A DNA stretch of 64,000 nt from Desulfobulbales bacterium (GTDB taxonomy: Bacteria; Desulfobacterota; Desulfobulbia; Desulfobulbales; Desulfobulbaceae): positions 26,787-90,786 of the forward strand of contig JBBRBT010000003.1 of assembly GCA_038205495.1 (NCBI GenBank), given 5' to 3'. The notes beneath the pieces were generated by a model. That model was given only the letters and a program-made list of their open reading frames with translations, did not search any database and had not been told where the DNA came from. This document shows, one piece after another, positions 41,241-51,578 of this stretch. Positions within the stretch are counted from its first letter, which is position 1. Every line of letters begins with the position of its first letter. Both the position numbers and the translations under genes were made by a program.

Positions 41241-42461
41241 TCAACAGTCGGCGCTTATTTTATTAAAAATCAGACAGGCGTTGGTCCCACCGAAGCCGTA
41301 GCTGTTGCTCATGACCGTGGCCAGTGCCGCCTGCCGGTTTTCCTCGACGATGTTCATGTTGACCGCATCTGGATCCATTTCCTCGATGTTGGCCGAGCCG
41401 ACGATGAAGCCGTTGTTGAGCATAAGCAGGCAATAGATGGCCTCATGCACCCCGGCCGCTCCCAGACTATGCCCAGACAATGATTTGGTTGAGCTGATCG
41501 GGGGGGGCATCTCGCCGAAGATCTCCCGAATGGCGCGTAACTCCACCAAATCGCCGACCGGAGTGGAGGTGCCGTGCGCATTGATGTAGTCGATTGGTGC
41601 CGGCGCTGTCGCCAAGGCCAGCCGAATACAGCGAACCGCTCCCTCCCCCGAAGGCGTAACCATTTCGCAGCCGTCCGCAGTTGCCCCGTACCCGATGATT
41701 TCCCCGTATATTTTCGCACCGCGCTTCCGGGCGCGTTCCCATTCTTCGAGCACCACGATACCAGCGCCATTGGCAACGACAAAACCATCCCTGTTTCGGT
41801 CATAGGGACGGGACGCCCGTTCAGGGGTGCCGTTATAGCGGGTAGAGAGCGCTCCCATGGCATCGAACATGGCGGTCTGGGTCCAGTGCTCTTCATCGGA
41901 GCCACCGGCAAAGACCAGATCCTGCTTGCCCATCTGGATCTGTTCCATGGCCGCACCGATACAGTGCGAGCCCGTGGCGCAGGCCGATGAGATCGAATAA
42001 CAGACTCCTTTGATGTGAAAGGCACTGGTCAGGCAGGCGGAAACCGTACTGCTCATGGTGCGCGGTACCATGAACGGACTGAGCCGCTTCAATCCCTTTT
42101 CACGCATGATGTCGGCGGCAGCGACCACGTTTTCAGCCGAGGTGCCGCCTGAGCCGATGATCAGTCCGGTTCGGGGATGGGAGACCTCCTCTCCGGCCAG
42201 ACCGGCATCATCGATGGCCTGCTGCATCGCGATCGAGGCATAGGCAGCGGCATTGCCCATAAAGCGCAGACTTTTTTTATCGATCTGCTCTTTCAGGTTC
42301 ACCCGGGTAAAGCCGCCAAGCTGGGACCGCAGGCCTATTTCCCGGTAGGGCTCATGGTAGCAAATCCCGGATCGGCTCTCTTGCAGGGAAGCGAGCACCG
42401 CTGCTCTTGTATCGCCCAAGGGTGAGACAATGCCCATTCCTGTTATGACCACTCGTCGCAT
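41241..42461 (-). CDS. fabB: Beta-ketoacyl-ACP synthase I
   Basis: [23 protein letters not shown] and [12 protein letters not shown] motifs. '[10 protein letters not shown]' is FabB-like rather than FabF-like. Confidence 0.85.
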   Translation of the reverse strand: MRRVVITGMGIVSPLGDTRAAVLASLQESRSGICYHEPYREIGLRSQLGGFTRVNLKEQIDKKSLRFMGNAAAYASIAMQQAIDDAGLAGEEVSHPRTGLIIGSGGTSAENVVAAADIMREKGLKRLSPFMVPRTMSSTVSACLTSAFHIKGVCYSISSACATGSHCIGAAMEQIQMGKQDLVFAGGSDEEHWTQTAMFDAMGALSTRYNGTPERASRPYDRNRDGFVVANGAGIVVLEEWERARKRGAKIYGEIIGYGATADGCEMVTPSGEGAVRCIRLALATAPAPIDYINAHGTSTPVGDLVELRAIREIFGEMPPPISSTKSLSGHSLGAAGVHEAIYCLLMLNNGFIVGSANIEEMDPDAVNMNIVEENRQAALATVMSNSYGFGGTNACLIFNKISADC

Positions 42462-42472
42462 ACGATTCCCTG

Positions 42473-43231
42473 TCACTCTTCCTGTCTGTAGATGGATAGT
42501 GGTCCGCAACTTTGACAGACCGGCATGACCTCAACCGTGCAGATGTTAACATGCGGCGGTACACTGGTCACCCAATAAACGATGTCGGCGATATCGGCGG
42601 GGGTCAGAGGCTGGGTGCCTCGATAGACCGCATCGGCCTTTTCCTTGTCGCCGTGAAAACGGACGATGGAGAATTCGCTCTCCGCCAGGCCCGGTTCGAT
42701 ATTGGTCACCCGGATGCGGGTCTGGACCAGATCGGTGAGCAGGTTTCTTGAAAACTGTTTGACAAAGGCTTTGGTCGCCCCATAGACATTGCCGCCCGGA
42801 TAAGGGTAGTTACCGGCAATGGAGCCCATGTTGATGATGTGCCCCTGATTACGGGCCACCATGGACGGCAGCAGGCAACGGGTCAGGTAGCAGAGCCCCT
42901 TGATGTTGGTATCGATCATGGTCTCCCAGTCGTGGAGATCCGCCTCCTGGGCGCCCCGCAGGCCAAGGGCCAGACCGGCGTTATTGACCAGGACATCAAT
43001 ATCCCGGAAAGCCTCCGGCAGCTGGGCGATCATCGCCTCGACGCTGCTCAGGTCGCGGACGTCGAGTTCCACGGTGTGCAGCGGGACGCCGGTCAAGCTG
43101 TCGGTCAGTTGCCGGAGGCGATCCTGCCGGCGACCGGTAACAACCAGACGCCAGCCCTCCTGGGCAAAACGTTCGGCACAGGCCTTGCCGAAACCAGAGG
43201 TGGCACCGGTAATAAGTATGGTCTTTTGCAT
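42473..43231 (-). CDS. SDR oxidoreductase, YdfG-like NADP-dependent 3-hydroxy acid dehydrogenase
   Basis: [21 protein letters not shown] and [11 protein letters not shown] motifs. Confidence 0.85.
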   Translation of the reverse strand: MQKTILITGATSGFGKACAERFAQEGWRLVVTGRRQDRLRQLTDSLTGVPLHTVELDVRDLSSVEAMIAQLPEAFRDIDVLVNNAGLALGLRGAQEADLHDWETMIDTNIKGLCYLTRCLLPSMVARNQGHIINMGSIAGNYPYPGGNVYGATKAFVKQFSRNLLTDLVQTRIRVTNIEPGLAESEFSIVRFHGDKEKADAVYRGTQPLTPADIADIVYWVTSVPPHVNICTVEVMPVCQSCGPLSIYRQEE

Positions 43232-43397
43232 AACAGGCTCCTTTATTTTTCCCGTAGAAAAACAGGTTTACCTTTAAAAAACAACATTTTTCCAGGAAAT
43301 CCTGGAATTCATTGGGGTTGTGCTTATACTAAAAAATATCGTTTCAACAGGAAAGACCAACAAAATTATGAACAGCTTTGCTCGCAAGGAGAACACC

Positions 43398-43913
43398 ATG
43401 TTAAAGAAAAAAATGTCAAAAGCACTCAATGACCAGATCAATGCGGAAATGTTTTCATCCTACCTCTACCTGTCGATGGAGTCCTATTTTCAATCGATCA
43501 GCCTTAAGGGGTTTGCCTCGTGGATGCGGGTGCAGGTGCAGGAAGAAATGATGCATGGGATGAAATTCTACGATTTTGTCAATGAACGCGGCGGCAAGGT
43601 CACTCTTGAGGCCATCGCCAAACCTGAGTCCACCTGGGACACGCCGCTGGCCGCCTTTGAGGCGATCTTGAAGCATGAGCAGCATGTGACCAGTCTGATC
43701 AACGACCTGGTGGACCTGGCGATCAGCGAAAAGGATCATGCCACCAACAATTTCCTCCAGTGGTTTATTTCCGAGCAGGTCGAGGAAGAGGCCAGCGTCA
43801 CGGAGGTTGTCGATAAACTCAAACTGATCCAGGATAATCCTTCCGGCCTGTTCATGATCGATGCCGAACTGGCCAAACGCGTCTTTGTCATGCCGCCAAC
43901 CACTGCTGCCTAA
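43398..43913 (+). CDS. ftnA: Non-heme ferritin
   Basis: LNDQINAE..YLSM, EEMMH, HEQHVT and LQWFISEQVEEE motifs. AAGGAG RBS. Confidence 0.92.
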   Translation: MLKKKMSKALNDQINAEMFSSYLYLSMESYFQSISLKGFASWMRVQVQEEMMHGMKFYDFVNERGGKVTLEAIAKPESTWDTPLAAFEAILKHEQHVTSLINDLVDLAISEKDHATNNFLQWFISEQVEEEASVTEVVDKLKLIQDNPSGLFMIDAELAKRVFVMPPTTAA

Positions 43914-43928
43914 GGTCCGGAGATCCAC

Positions 43929-44633
43929 TTGAGCAGTCGGAGAATCAAAAGCAAGGTCCTGGACCTGTTAAGCAGGCGGGACCTTGTTTCCACCCACAAA
44001 GAACTGCACCAATTCCCGGCCAAGGATGTGGTGAACGTGCTGTTCTCGGCCATCTGCCGCGAGGATCCGCAGATTCGCTGGCACGCGATCAGCTGCATGG
44101 GTTCGGCGGTCGCCCGGTTGGCGGAAGAAGACCTGGAAGAGGCCCGGATTATCATGCGCCGCCTGCTCTGGAGTCTCAATGATGAATCGGGTGGTATCGG
44201 CTGGGGGGCACCGGAATCCATGGCGGAGATCATGTGTTGCCATGCCGGTCTGGCTACCGAGTATATCCACATGCTGCTCTCCTACCTGCGGGAAGATGGC
44301 GAAGAAATCTGCCAGGACGGCAATTTCATCGAACATCCGCTGTTGCAGCGCGGGCTCCTCTGGGGGATTGCCCGCCTGAGTCGCTGTAATCCAGACCTGC
44401 TGCTGGAGCAAGGGGCCGGAGCCGATATCCCTCCGTATCTTGAGTCACCGGATGTGGAAACCCGCGGCCTGGCTGCCTTGGCCGCCGGGGCGATTCGACT
44501 GACCGCGGCGCAACCGCTCCTGCAACTGCTGACAACGGATTCATCCCCCCTGACCCTGTACCAGGAAGGCCTCTTTGTGGAGACCACGGTGAGGGCGATG
44601 GCGCAATCCGCCCTGGAGGCCATGAACCGATGA
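43929..44633 (+). CDS. DVU0298-family / HEAT-repeat protein
   Basis: 'MRRLLWSLNDESGGIGWGAPE' motif, helical repeats. Confidence 0.75.
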   Translation: MSSRRIKSKVLDLLSRRDLVSTHKELHQFPAKDVVNVLFSAICREDPQIRWHAISCMGSAVARLAEEDLEEARIIMRRLLWSLNDESGGIGWGAPESMAEIMCCHAGLATEYIHMLLSYLREDGEEICQDGNFIEHPLLQRGLLWGIARLSRCNPDLLLEQGAGADIPPYLESPDVETRGLAALAAGAIRLTAAQPLLQLLTTDSSPLTLYQEGLFVETTVRAMAQSALEAMNR

Positions 44634-45874
44634 GGGAACCACAGCTCTTTGCCGCTGCCGCCTGCGTGCAGTTCACCATCACCCTCGGGGAACCTGATCG
44701 GAATATTGCTGAGGTCTCCCGCCTGATCGATCAGTACCAACCCGCCCCGGACACCCTGCTGCTGTTGCCCGAGATGTGGGCCACCGGCTTTGAGTATGCA
44801 CGCACCGTTGAACTGGGACGACGGACACCGGAGATTCTGGAGGCCATGCAACGAATGGCGGCCCGTCATCAGGTGTATCTGGCCGGAACCCTGACGGCCC
44901 TGCCTGAGGACGGCAGCCTGCCCTTTAATATGTTTTTCCTGGTCGGCCCCGGCGGGGTGATCGGTCGTCTACCCAAACAGCATCTTTTTTCCTTCTGGCA
45001 GGAAGATCGCTTCTACCAGAGCGGTCAGTCTGCGTCCCTGCTGCAAACGCCCTGCGGCCCAGTGGGGGGTCTGGTCTGTTATGATCTGCGCTTTCCAGAA
45101 CTGGCGCGCCGCCAGGTGTTCGCTGGCAGCCGCCTCCTCGCGGTATCGGCGCAATGGCCCCTTTCCCGCCTTGATCACTGGCAAACCCTGCTGCGCGCCC
45201 GCGCCCTAGAAAATCAGGTGTATGTGGTGGCAGCCAACGGCTGCGGCCTCACCGGCACGATGGAAATGGGCGGTCATTCGATGATCATTGGTCCGGATGG
45301 CAGGGTGCTGCAGGCAGCTGGCACAGAGGCCACGGTTATCGGCTGTCCACTTGACAACTGCCTGGTCGAGGAACAGCGCCGCACCTTTTATCCCGCCGGG
45401 GATCGCTCTTGGCTGACGGAAGATAGCCATAAAATACGGAAGGTTGATGAGCTCATCCCTGAACTGACGCTGATCCGTCGGCAGAACAGCCGGGTCGCCT
45501 TCACCCACGGGTGTTTTGATATCCTCGATGCCCGCCAGGTCAGCTACCTGGAACAGGGCCGCCGCAGCGCCGATTGCCTGGTGGTGGGACTCCAGGCCGA
45601 TTGTTCGGTCCTGGCCGTGGAAGGCGCGAGCCGACCGGTCAACAGCGAAGACGACCGAGCCCGGGTGCTCGCTGCCCTGGGATGCGTCGACTACATCGTC
45701 CTCTTTGCCGACAAAACACCGCTCCGCCTCATCACGGCCCTTCTCCCGGAGGTGCTGGTCCAGGGCGTAGACGAGCCGGAAGAACAGCTTGTCGGAGCAA
45801 CCGAGATCAAGGCTGCTGGGGGCCGGATACTGCGCCGACCCTTTGCGCCTGAGATGAGAAGCTGGCCTATATAA
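44630..45874 (+). CDS. Carbon-nitrogen hydrolase (nitrilase superfamily) fused to a degenerate RfaE/HldE domain II nucleotidyltransferase
   Basis: Catalytic E-K-C in LLPEMW, PKQHLF and VCYDLRFPE. C-terminal 'FTHGCFDILDARQVSYL..LVVGL..RPVN..RARVLAALGCVDYI'. Confidence 0.8.
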   Translation: MREPQLFAAAACVQFTITLGEPDRNIAEVSRLIDQYQPAPDTLLLLPEMWATGFEYARTVELGRRTPEILEAMQRMAARHQVYLAGTLTALPEDGSLPFNMFFLVGPGGVIGRLPKQHLFSFWQEDRFYQSGQSASLLQTPCGPVGGLVCYDLRFPELARRQVFAGSRLLAVSAQWPLSRLDHWQTLLRARALENQVYVVAANGCGLTGTMEMGGHSMIIGPDGRVLQAAGTEATVIGCPLDNCLVEEQRRTFYPAGDRSWLTEDSHKIRKVDELIPELTLIRRQNSRVAFTHGCFDILDARQVSYLEQGRRSADCLVVGLQADCSVLAVEGASRPVNSEDDRARVLAALGCVDYIVLFADKTPLRLITALLPEVLVQGVDEPEEQLVGATEIKAAGGRILRRPFAPEMRSWPI

Positions 45875-45899
45875 TTTTAAGCATGGGGAGAGAGAGACC

Positions 45900-46091
45900 A
45901 TGACAACCCTACAGATTCGCGGCATGAAATGTCAGCATTGTGCAGCCGCCACGCAAAAGGCCCTGGAGACCCTGGGTGCCACCGCGGTCCAGATTGATGT
46001 GGCCAAAGGTGAGGCCCGATTCGAGGGGTCGATCGACAGAGATGCTCTGCGACAGGCCATTGCCGCCCAAGGTTTCGAGGTGGTCGATTAG
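45900..46091 (+). CDS. Heavy-metal-associated (CopZ-like) chaperone
   Basis: GMKCQHC motif, 63 aa, GGAG RBS. Confidence 0.85.
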   Translation: MTTLQIRGMKCQHCAAATQKALETLGATAVQIDVAKGEARFEGSIDRDALRQAIAAQGFEVVD

Positions 46092-46528
46092 TTCAAGGCA
46101 GCCTCTTTGCAGCACACCCCCGCATCGAGAGCAGGGGGAATCCGTGACGGAATGGCAAATAACCTGGCCCCGAGCAGCGCCGCCTTTCTATCGGTAAAAT
46201 AGCGCAGAGTGATGCCCTCAAATTCTTCAGCCTTGTTGAGATACATCCACTGAGTGTCATCCCCGGTCTTGAAAAGAATGGCCACCCGCAGCTCCTTCTG
46301 CAAAATGACCGATTTAAAGACCTGCAAGAGGCAATGGAGGCGGAACAGAGCGGTTGAGGGGTCGAAATTGACCTCTTGTAAATCTAAAACCATTTCCCGG
46401 TAGTCACTACCATAGGCCTCGACAATGGCAGACTGGATGATATTCCGGGAACCATTTTCACTGACATTTCCCGAGACCTTGATCTCGATGAGTTGCTTCT
46501 CGTTATCGATTCGCTTTGTTATTTTCAC
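46088..46528 (-). CDS. Hypothetical protein, STAS/SpoIIAA-like fold
   Basis: 'IEIKVSGNV..MVLDLQEV..VAILF..RYFTDRKAAL' pattern. GTG start with GGAG RBS. Confidence 0.5.
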   Translation of the reverse strand: MKITKRIDNEKQLIEIKVSGNVSENGSRNIIQSAIVEAYGSDYREMVLDLQEVNFDPSTALFRLHCLLQVFKSVILQKELRVAILFKTGDDTQWMYLNKAEEFEGITLRYFTDRKAALLGARLFAIPSRIPPALDAGVCCKEAALN

Positions 46529-46853
46529 GCCACTACTCCCCCTGCTAGAATTGTTTTCTTATTCTCGGAAAAAAAGGAGCATCCTTGCCGTTCTTCGACC
46601 TATTCATACAGCTTCCAATATTATAAACGGCGGGGCGCCTGCGCACAGTAAAGTATTGTAAAGCATTGGTAAACTTTTCAACAAGATGTTGTGTAGCAAT
46701 GCTGTCCTCTCACCCACTCTCACCTTGTTTGAAATATTGTCTATCCGGCACATCTTGTTGACTTCCATGACGGTGGTGTTACTTTGGCAAAATCGCGAAT
46801 TTGGCGGTTCCGGCGAACGCTCCGGGCCGCTTTTCTTTTGTTGGGGAACCGAG

Positions 46854-47990
46854 ATGAAAATTAAAACAATTCTTTTGTGCGTAGCCGGTGTGGTGGTGGT
46901 GTTCGGCCTTTTGGCAGGCATCAAGACCCTGCAGATTCGAGCAATGATCAAGCACGGCAAGGAGCTCAAGTTGCCGCCGGAAGTCGTGACCGCGGCAGCA
47001 GCCCAGAGCCAGACCTGGGAGTCGCTGATCACCGCTGTCGGCTCGCTGGAGGCCGTGCAGGGCGTGGTGATCACCGCCGAAATGACCGGCAAGGTGACCG
47101 CCATCGCCTTTGAACCGGGAACGCGAGTAAAAACCGGCGATCTGCTGGTGCAGCAGGATGTCTCTGCGGAGAACGCGCAGCTCCGAGCGGCTGAAGCCGC
47201 CGTGGCCTTGGCAAAAATCAATTTTGAGCGCTCAAAAAAGATGCTCGCAACCAAGGTTGTCGCCGAATCGAGTTATGACAACGCCGAGGCCCAGCTCAAA
47301 CAGGCCCAGGCCCAGGCCGACACCATCCGGGCGGCGATTGCCAAGAAAACCATTCGGGCGCCCTTCAGCGGCAGCTTGGGCATTCGTATGATCAATATCG
47401 GCCAGATCATCAAAGAGGGTGAGGCCATCGTCTCTCTGCAGGCCCTGAATCCGATTTTCGTCAATTTCCTCGTCCCCCAGCAGCAGCTGCCCCAGATGCA
47501 TCCGGGCCTTGCGGTACGGATCACCTCGGATGCCCTGCCGCCCGCGCAGGTGGTCGCGGGCACGATCACCGCCCTGAATCCGGAGGTCGATGCCGCCAGC
47601 CGCAATATCCGGGTGCAGGCAACGGTTGCCAATGGCGAGGAGCTATTGCGGCCCGGCATGTTCGCCAATGTGGCCATCGTCCTGCCCGAGCAAAACGCAG
47701 TTTTGACCATTCCTACCACCGCCGTTCTCTATGCCCCGTATAGCGATTCCGTGTTCATCATTGACGAGGCCAAAGGAGAAGAAGGGGGTCAAGCCGGTAA
47801 AGTGGTGCGGCAGCAGTTCGTCCGGCTCGGCGAGAAACGCGGTGATTTTGTCGCGGTGCTCTCCGGGCTCAAGGCCGAGGAAACGGTGGTGAGCACCGGG
47901 GCCTTCAAGCTGCGTAACGGTCAGAGCGTGGTCATTGATAACACCTTGGCACCGGAATTCAAACTGGCGCCGCAGCCCAAGGACAGCTGA
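46854..47990 (+). CDS. RND efflux membrane-fusion (periplasmic adaptor) protein
   Basis: N-terminal TM, 'GSLEAVQGV', 'IRAPFSG' and 'LRPGMF' motifs, directly upstream of the RND permease. Confidence 0.92.
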   Translation: MKIKTILLCVAGVVVVFGLLAGIKTLQIRAMIKHGKELKLPPEVVTAAAAQSQTWESLITAVGSLEAVQGVVITAEMTGKVTAIAFEPGTRVKTGDLLVQQDVSAENAQLRAAEAAVALAKINFERSKKMLATKVVAESSYDNAEAQLKQAQAQADTIRAAIAKKTIRAPFSGSLGIRMINIGQIIKEGEAIVSLQALNPIFVNFLVPQQQLPQMHPGLAVRITSDALPPAQVVAGTITALNPEVDAASRNIRVQATVANGEELLRPGMFANVAIVLPEQNAVLTIPTTAVLYAPYSDSVFIIDEAKGEEGGQAGKVVRQQFVRLGEKRGDFVAVLSGLKAEETVVSTGAFKLRNGQSVVIDNTLAPEFKLAPQPKDS

Positions 47991-47993
47991 TCC

Positions 47994-50900
47994 ATGAAAT
48001 TCACTGATATCTTTATTCAGCGCCCCGTGCTGGCGCTGGTGATCAGCCTGCTGATCATTATTGCCGGGCTGCAGGCCATCGGCAATTTAAATATCCGCCA
48101 GTATCCGCGCAGCGACAATGCCGTGGTCACGGTGACCACCGTCTATGTCGGTGCCAATGCCGACTTGGTGCGCGGTTTCATCACCACCCCGCTGGAACGG
48201 GCCATCGCCGCTGCCGACGGTATCGATTACATCCAGTCGCAGAGCAGCCAGGGCAAATCAACGATCAGCGCCCGGCTGCGGCTCAACTACGACCCGATCA
48301 AGGCCCTCTCGGAGATCAGCAGCAAGGTGGATCAGGTGCGCGGCGACCTGCCGCCGGAGGCCGAGGTTCCAACCATCAACGTCGAGTCCGCAGACAGCAA
48401 GTTCGCCTCGGCCTACCTCAGTTTCACCTCCGATGTCCTCAAACAGAATGAAATCACCGATTACCTGGTCCGCGTTGTCCAGCCCAGACTCTCGGCGCTC
48501 AACGGCGTCCAGCGGGCGGAGGTCCTGGGGGCGCGCACCTTTGCCATGCGGATCTGGCTCGACCCGGCGCGCATGGCCGCCTTCAACGTCAGCCCGGTGC
48601 AGGTCCGCCAGGCCCTGATCGCCAACAATTTCCTCGCCGCCATCGGCAAAACCAAGGGCTCGCTGGTGCAGGTCAACCTGACCGCCAACTCCGATATGCG
48701 TTCGGTGGAGGAATTCAAACGGCTGGTGATCCGGGAGCAGGAGGGTGCCATTGTCCGCATCCAGGATATCGGCGAGGTGGCACTGGGTGCCGAGGATTAT
48801 GACACCGAGGTACGTTTTTCCGGGCAGACAGCGGTGTTCATGGGCATCTGGCCCCTGCCCAACGCCAACTCCCTGGATGTGATCAAACGCGTGCGGGTGG
48901 AACTGGAGGCAATCAGCAAACAACTGCCCAACGGCCTCCAAGGCCGCATTGCCTATGACGGCACCGCTTACATCGAAAACGCCATTGAAGAGGTGGTCAA
49001 GACCCTGAGCGAAACGCTGCTGATCGTGGTTATTATCATCTTTCTTTTTCTCGGTTCGCTGCGCTCCGCCCTTATTCCGGTGGTCACCATCCCCCTGTCC
49101 CTGATCGGGGCGATGTTTCTCATGCAGGTATTCGGCTTCACCATCAATCTCCTGACCCTGCTGGCTATTGTCCTTTCCGTGGGACTGGTGGTGGATGATG
49201 CCATCGTCGTGGTCGAGAATGTCGAACGCCATCTCAGCGAAGGCAAATCGCCCCTTGACGCGGCCTTGCTCAGTGCCCGCGAACTGGTCAGCCCGATTAT
49301 CTCCATGACCATCACCCTGGCCGCTGTCTACATGCCCATCGGTCTCCAGGGCGGCTTGACCGGATCGCTGTTCCGCGAATTCGCCTTCACCCTGGCCGGA
49401 GCGGTCACCATTTCCGGGGTGGTTGCTCTGACGCTCTCACCGATGATGTCATCTCGACTGCTCAAGGCAGGGATGACTGAACATGGGTTCGCCGGCAAGA
49501 TCGAACGGGATTTCAAACGGCTGCGGGCCGCCTACGGGCGCTGGCTGCAGGCCACCCTCAACCACCGCCCGGCGGTCTACCTGGTGTGGATCGTCCTGGG
49601 GCTGCTGGCTGTACCGATGTTTAAGATGTCCGCCCGGGAATTGGCGCCGATTGAAGATCAGGGGGTCATTTTCGGAATCGTCGATGCGGCTGCCAACTCC
49701 ACCCTGGACCAGAACGGGATCTATACCGCAGCGGTCAACAAGGCCTTTCTCAGCGTCCCTGAAACCAACTTTGTCTTTCAGCTCACCATGCCCTCCTCGG
49801 GATTCAGCGGTATGGTGGTCAAACCCTGGCAGGAACGGCAACGGACGATCTTTGAGATTATGCCGGAGGTGCAAAAGAAGCTGCACGGCATTACCGGCGT
49901 CAATGTCTTCCCGGTCACCCCTCCGGCCCTGCCCGGCGGCGGCCAGTTTCCGGTCGAGTTTGTCATCGCCTCAACGGCCGAGTTGGACCAGGTGGTTGAG
50001 TTCGCCAAAAAAATCCAGTTAGCCGCCATCAAAAGCCATATGTTTGCCTTTCCGCCGCTGATTGACGTCAAGATCGATCAGCCCCAGTCGGAGATCGTCA
50101 TTGACCGCGACAGGGTGGCGGACCTCGGCCTGAACATGCAACAGGTCGGCGCCGATCTGGGCACCATGGTGGGGGGCAATTTCGTCAACCGGTTCAATAT
50201 CGCCGGCCGCAGCTACAAGGTCGTTCCCCAGATCATGCGGGTCGACCGGCTCAATCCCGATCAGTTGAGCACCATTCATGTCACCGGTCCAGGCGGGCAA
50301 CTGGTACCGCTCAACACCATCGCCACCCTCAAGGACAGCACGGTAGCCCGCTCCTTAAACCGCTTCCAGCAGTTGAACGCGGTCACCCTCAGCACCTACC
50401 CCATGCGGCCCCTGGATGAGGCCCTGCGCTTTTTGGAAGATGAGGCGGCAAAGATCCTGCCACAGGGCTATGTGCTTGATTATACAGGTGAGTCGCGACA
50501 GCTGCGCGTTGAGGGGGACTCTTTTGTCCAGGCCTTTGGGCTTGCGATTGTCTTGATTTTTCTGGTGCTGGCGGCACAGTTCAACAGCTTCCGCGATCCC
50601 TTTGTCATCCTTGCCGGATCGGTACCCTTGGCCATGTTCGGCGCGCTCATCTTCACCTTTCTCAAGATGCCCGACCCCAATGTTCCCTTCTGGACCAAGG
50701 GCTGGACCACCACCCTCAATATCTATAGCCAGGTCGGCCTCGTCACCCTGGTCGGCCTGGTCTCGAAAAACGGTATTCTCATTGTCGAGTTCGCCAACAA
50801 ACTGCAAATGCAGGGGCAGAGTAAACGGGAGGCGGTGCTGGAAGCGGCGATGACCCGCCTGCGGCCGATCCTCATGACCACCGGGGCCACCATTGCCGGC

Positions 50901-51098
50901 CACTTCCCCCTGACTCTGGTCACCGGTGCCGGTGCCGCAGCCCGTAACTCCATCGGCCTGGTGCTGGTCGGCGGCATGGCCATCGGCACCCTGTTCACCC
51001 TGTTCATCATTCCCTCCATCTACATGCTGGTGGCCAAGGATCACTCCAAGGATCGGATGCAGGTTGGTGAGACAGAAAAAGTGGGAGAATACAAATAG
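47994..51098 (+). CDS. RND efflux permease (AcrB family, MexW/MexI-like)
   Basis: FI.RPVLA, GLVVDDAIVVVEN, KNGILIVEFAN and RLRPILMT motifs, 1034 aa. Confidence 0.95.
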   Translation: MKFTDIFIQRPVLALVISLLIIIAGLQAIGNLNIRQYPRSDNAVVTVTTVYVGANADLVRGFITTPLERAIAAADGIDYIQSQSSQGKSTISARLRLNYDPIKALSEISSKVDQVRGDLPPEAEVPTINVESADSKFASAYLSFTSDVLKQNEITDYLVRVVQPRLSALNGVQRAEVLGARTFAMRIWLDPARMAAFNVSPVQVRQALIANNFLAAIGKTKGSLVQVNLTANSDMRSVEEFKRLVIREQEGAIVRIQDIGEVALGAEDYDTEVRFSGQTAVFMGIWPLPNANSLDVIKRVRVELEAISKQLPNGLQGRIAYDGTAYIENAIEEVVKTLSETLLIVVIIIFLFLGSLRSALIPVVTIPLSLIGAMFLMQVFGFTINLLTLLAIVLSVGLVVDDAIVVVENVERHLSEGKSPLDAALLSARELVSPIISMTITLAAVYMPIGLQGGLTGSLFREFAFTLAGAVTISGVVALTLSPMMSSRLLKAGMTEHGFAGKIERDFKRLRAAYGRWLQATLNHRPAVYLVWIVLGLLAVPMFKMSARELAPIEDQGVIFGIVDAAANSTLDQNGIYTAAVNKAFLSVPETNFVFQLTMPSSGFSGMVVKPWQERQRTIFEIMPEVQKKLHGITGVNVFPVTPPALPGGGQFPVEFVIASTAELDQVVEFAKKIQLAAIKSHMFAFPPLIDVKIDQPQSEIVIDRDRVADLGLNMQQVGADLGTMVGGNFVNRFNIAGRSYKVVPQIMRVDRLNPDQLSTIHVTGPGGQLVPLNTIATLKDSTVARSLNRFQQLNAVTLSTYPMRPLDEALRFLEDEAAKILPQGYVLDYTGESRQLRVEGDSFVQAFGLAIVLIFLVLAAQFNSFRDPFVILAGSVPLAMFGALIFTFLKMPDPNVPFWTKGWTTTLNIYSQVGLVTLVGLVSKNGILIVEFANKLQMQGQSKREAVLEAAMTRLRPILMTTGATIAGHFPLTLVTGAGAAARNSIGLVLVGGMAIGTLFTLFIIPSIYMLVAKDHSKDRMQVGETEKVGEYK

Positions 51099-51136
51099 GT
51101 TACGAAGACAGGTTCAGGACTTTTTTGATATCAAAC

Positions 51137-51271
51137 TTGATGAACTCGTAAAAAGGAAAACTCTCCCTTTTGTCATTTCGAGCGTAGCGAGAAATCTCTA
51201 GAATTATTACGAGATTTCTCCTCGCTATACTCGTCGAAATGACAGGAATCGACTTTTTACGAAACCATCAA
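51137..51271. mobile_element. MITE/REP-like element with nested palindrome
   Basis: Terminal IRs ttgatgaactcgtaaaaag / ctttttacgaaaccatcaa enclose tgtcatttcg..gagaaatctc..gagatttctc..cgaaatgaca. The 9-mer atcaaactt is repeated at both ends. Confidence 0.7.
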
Positions 51272-51459
51272 ACTTAACGATTTCCCAAAGGCGGGATCAT
51301 TCAAGTTCAGCGACCTCGCAAGAGTGACTGAAGAAATTGAGTCGCTCGAAGGGCCCATCTTTGATCTTAAAGATGCAAGGGGCCTAAAAGGGACAAAAAA
51401 AATTCTGACATCAGGTACATTCAGACGCGACAAAACAATTGCGCAGAAACCACATAAAC

Positions 51460-51497
51460 ACAAAGGGCGTATCGAAAAATTTCGATACGCCCTTTGT
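51460..51497. terminator. Strong hairpin terminator
   Basis: acaaagggcgtatcgaaa-aa-tttcgatacgccctttgt. Confidence 0.75.
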
Positions 51498-51578
51498 TGT
51501 GTGCTACCCCAGAACCTCACCGCGATTCCGCACAGATAATCGGCCCGAGCTACGAATGCCTAAAAGGCAGAAGCCTCT

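Noticed and set aside
43325-43350. Fur box upstream of ferritin
   Set aside because: Only a half-site-level match in an AT-rich region.
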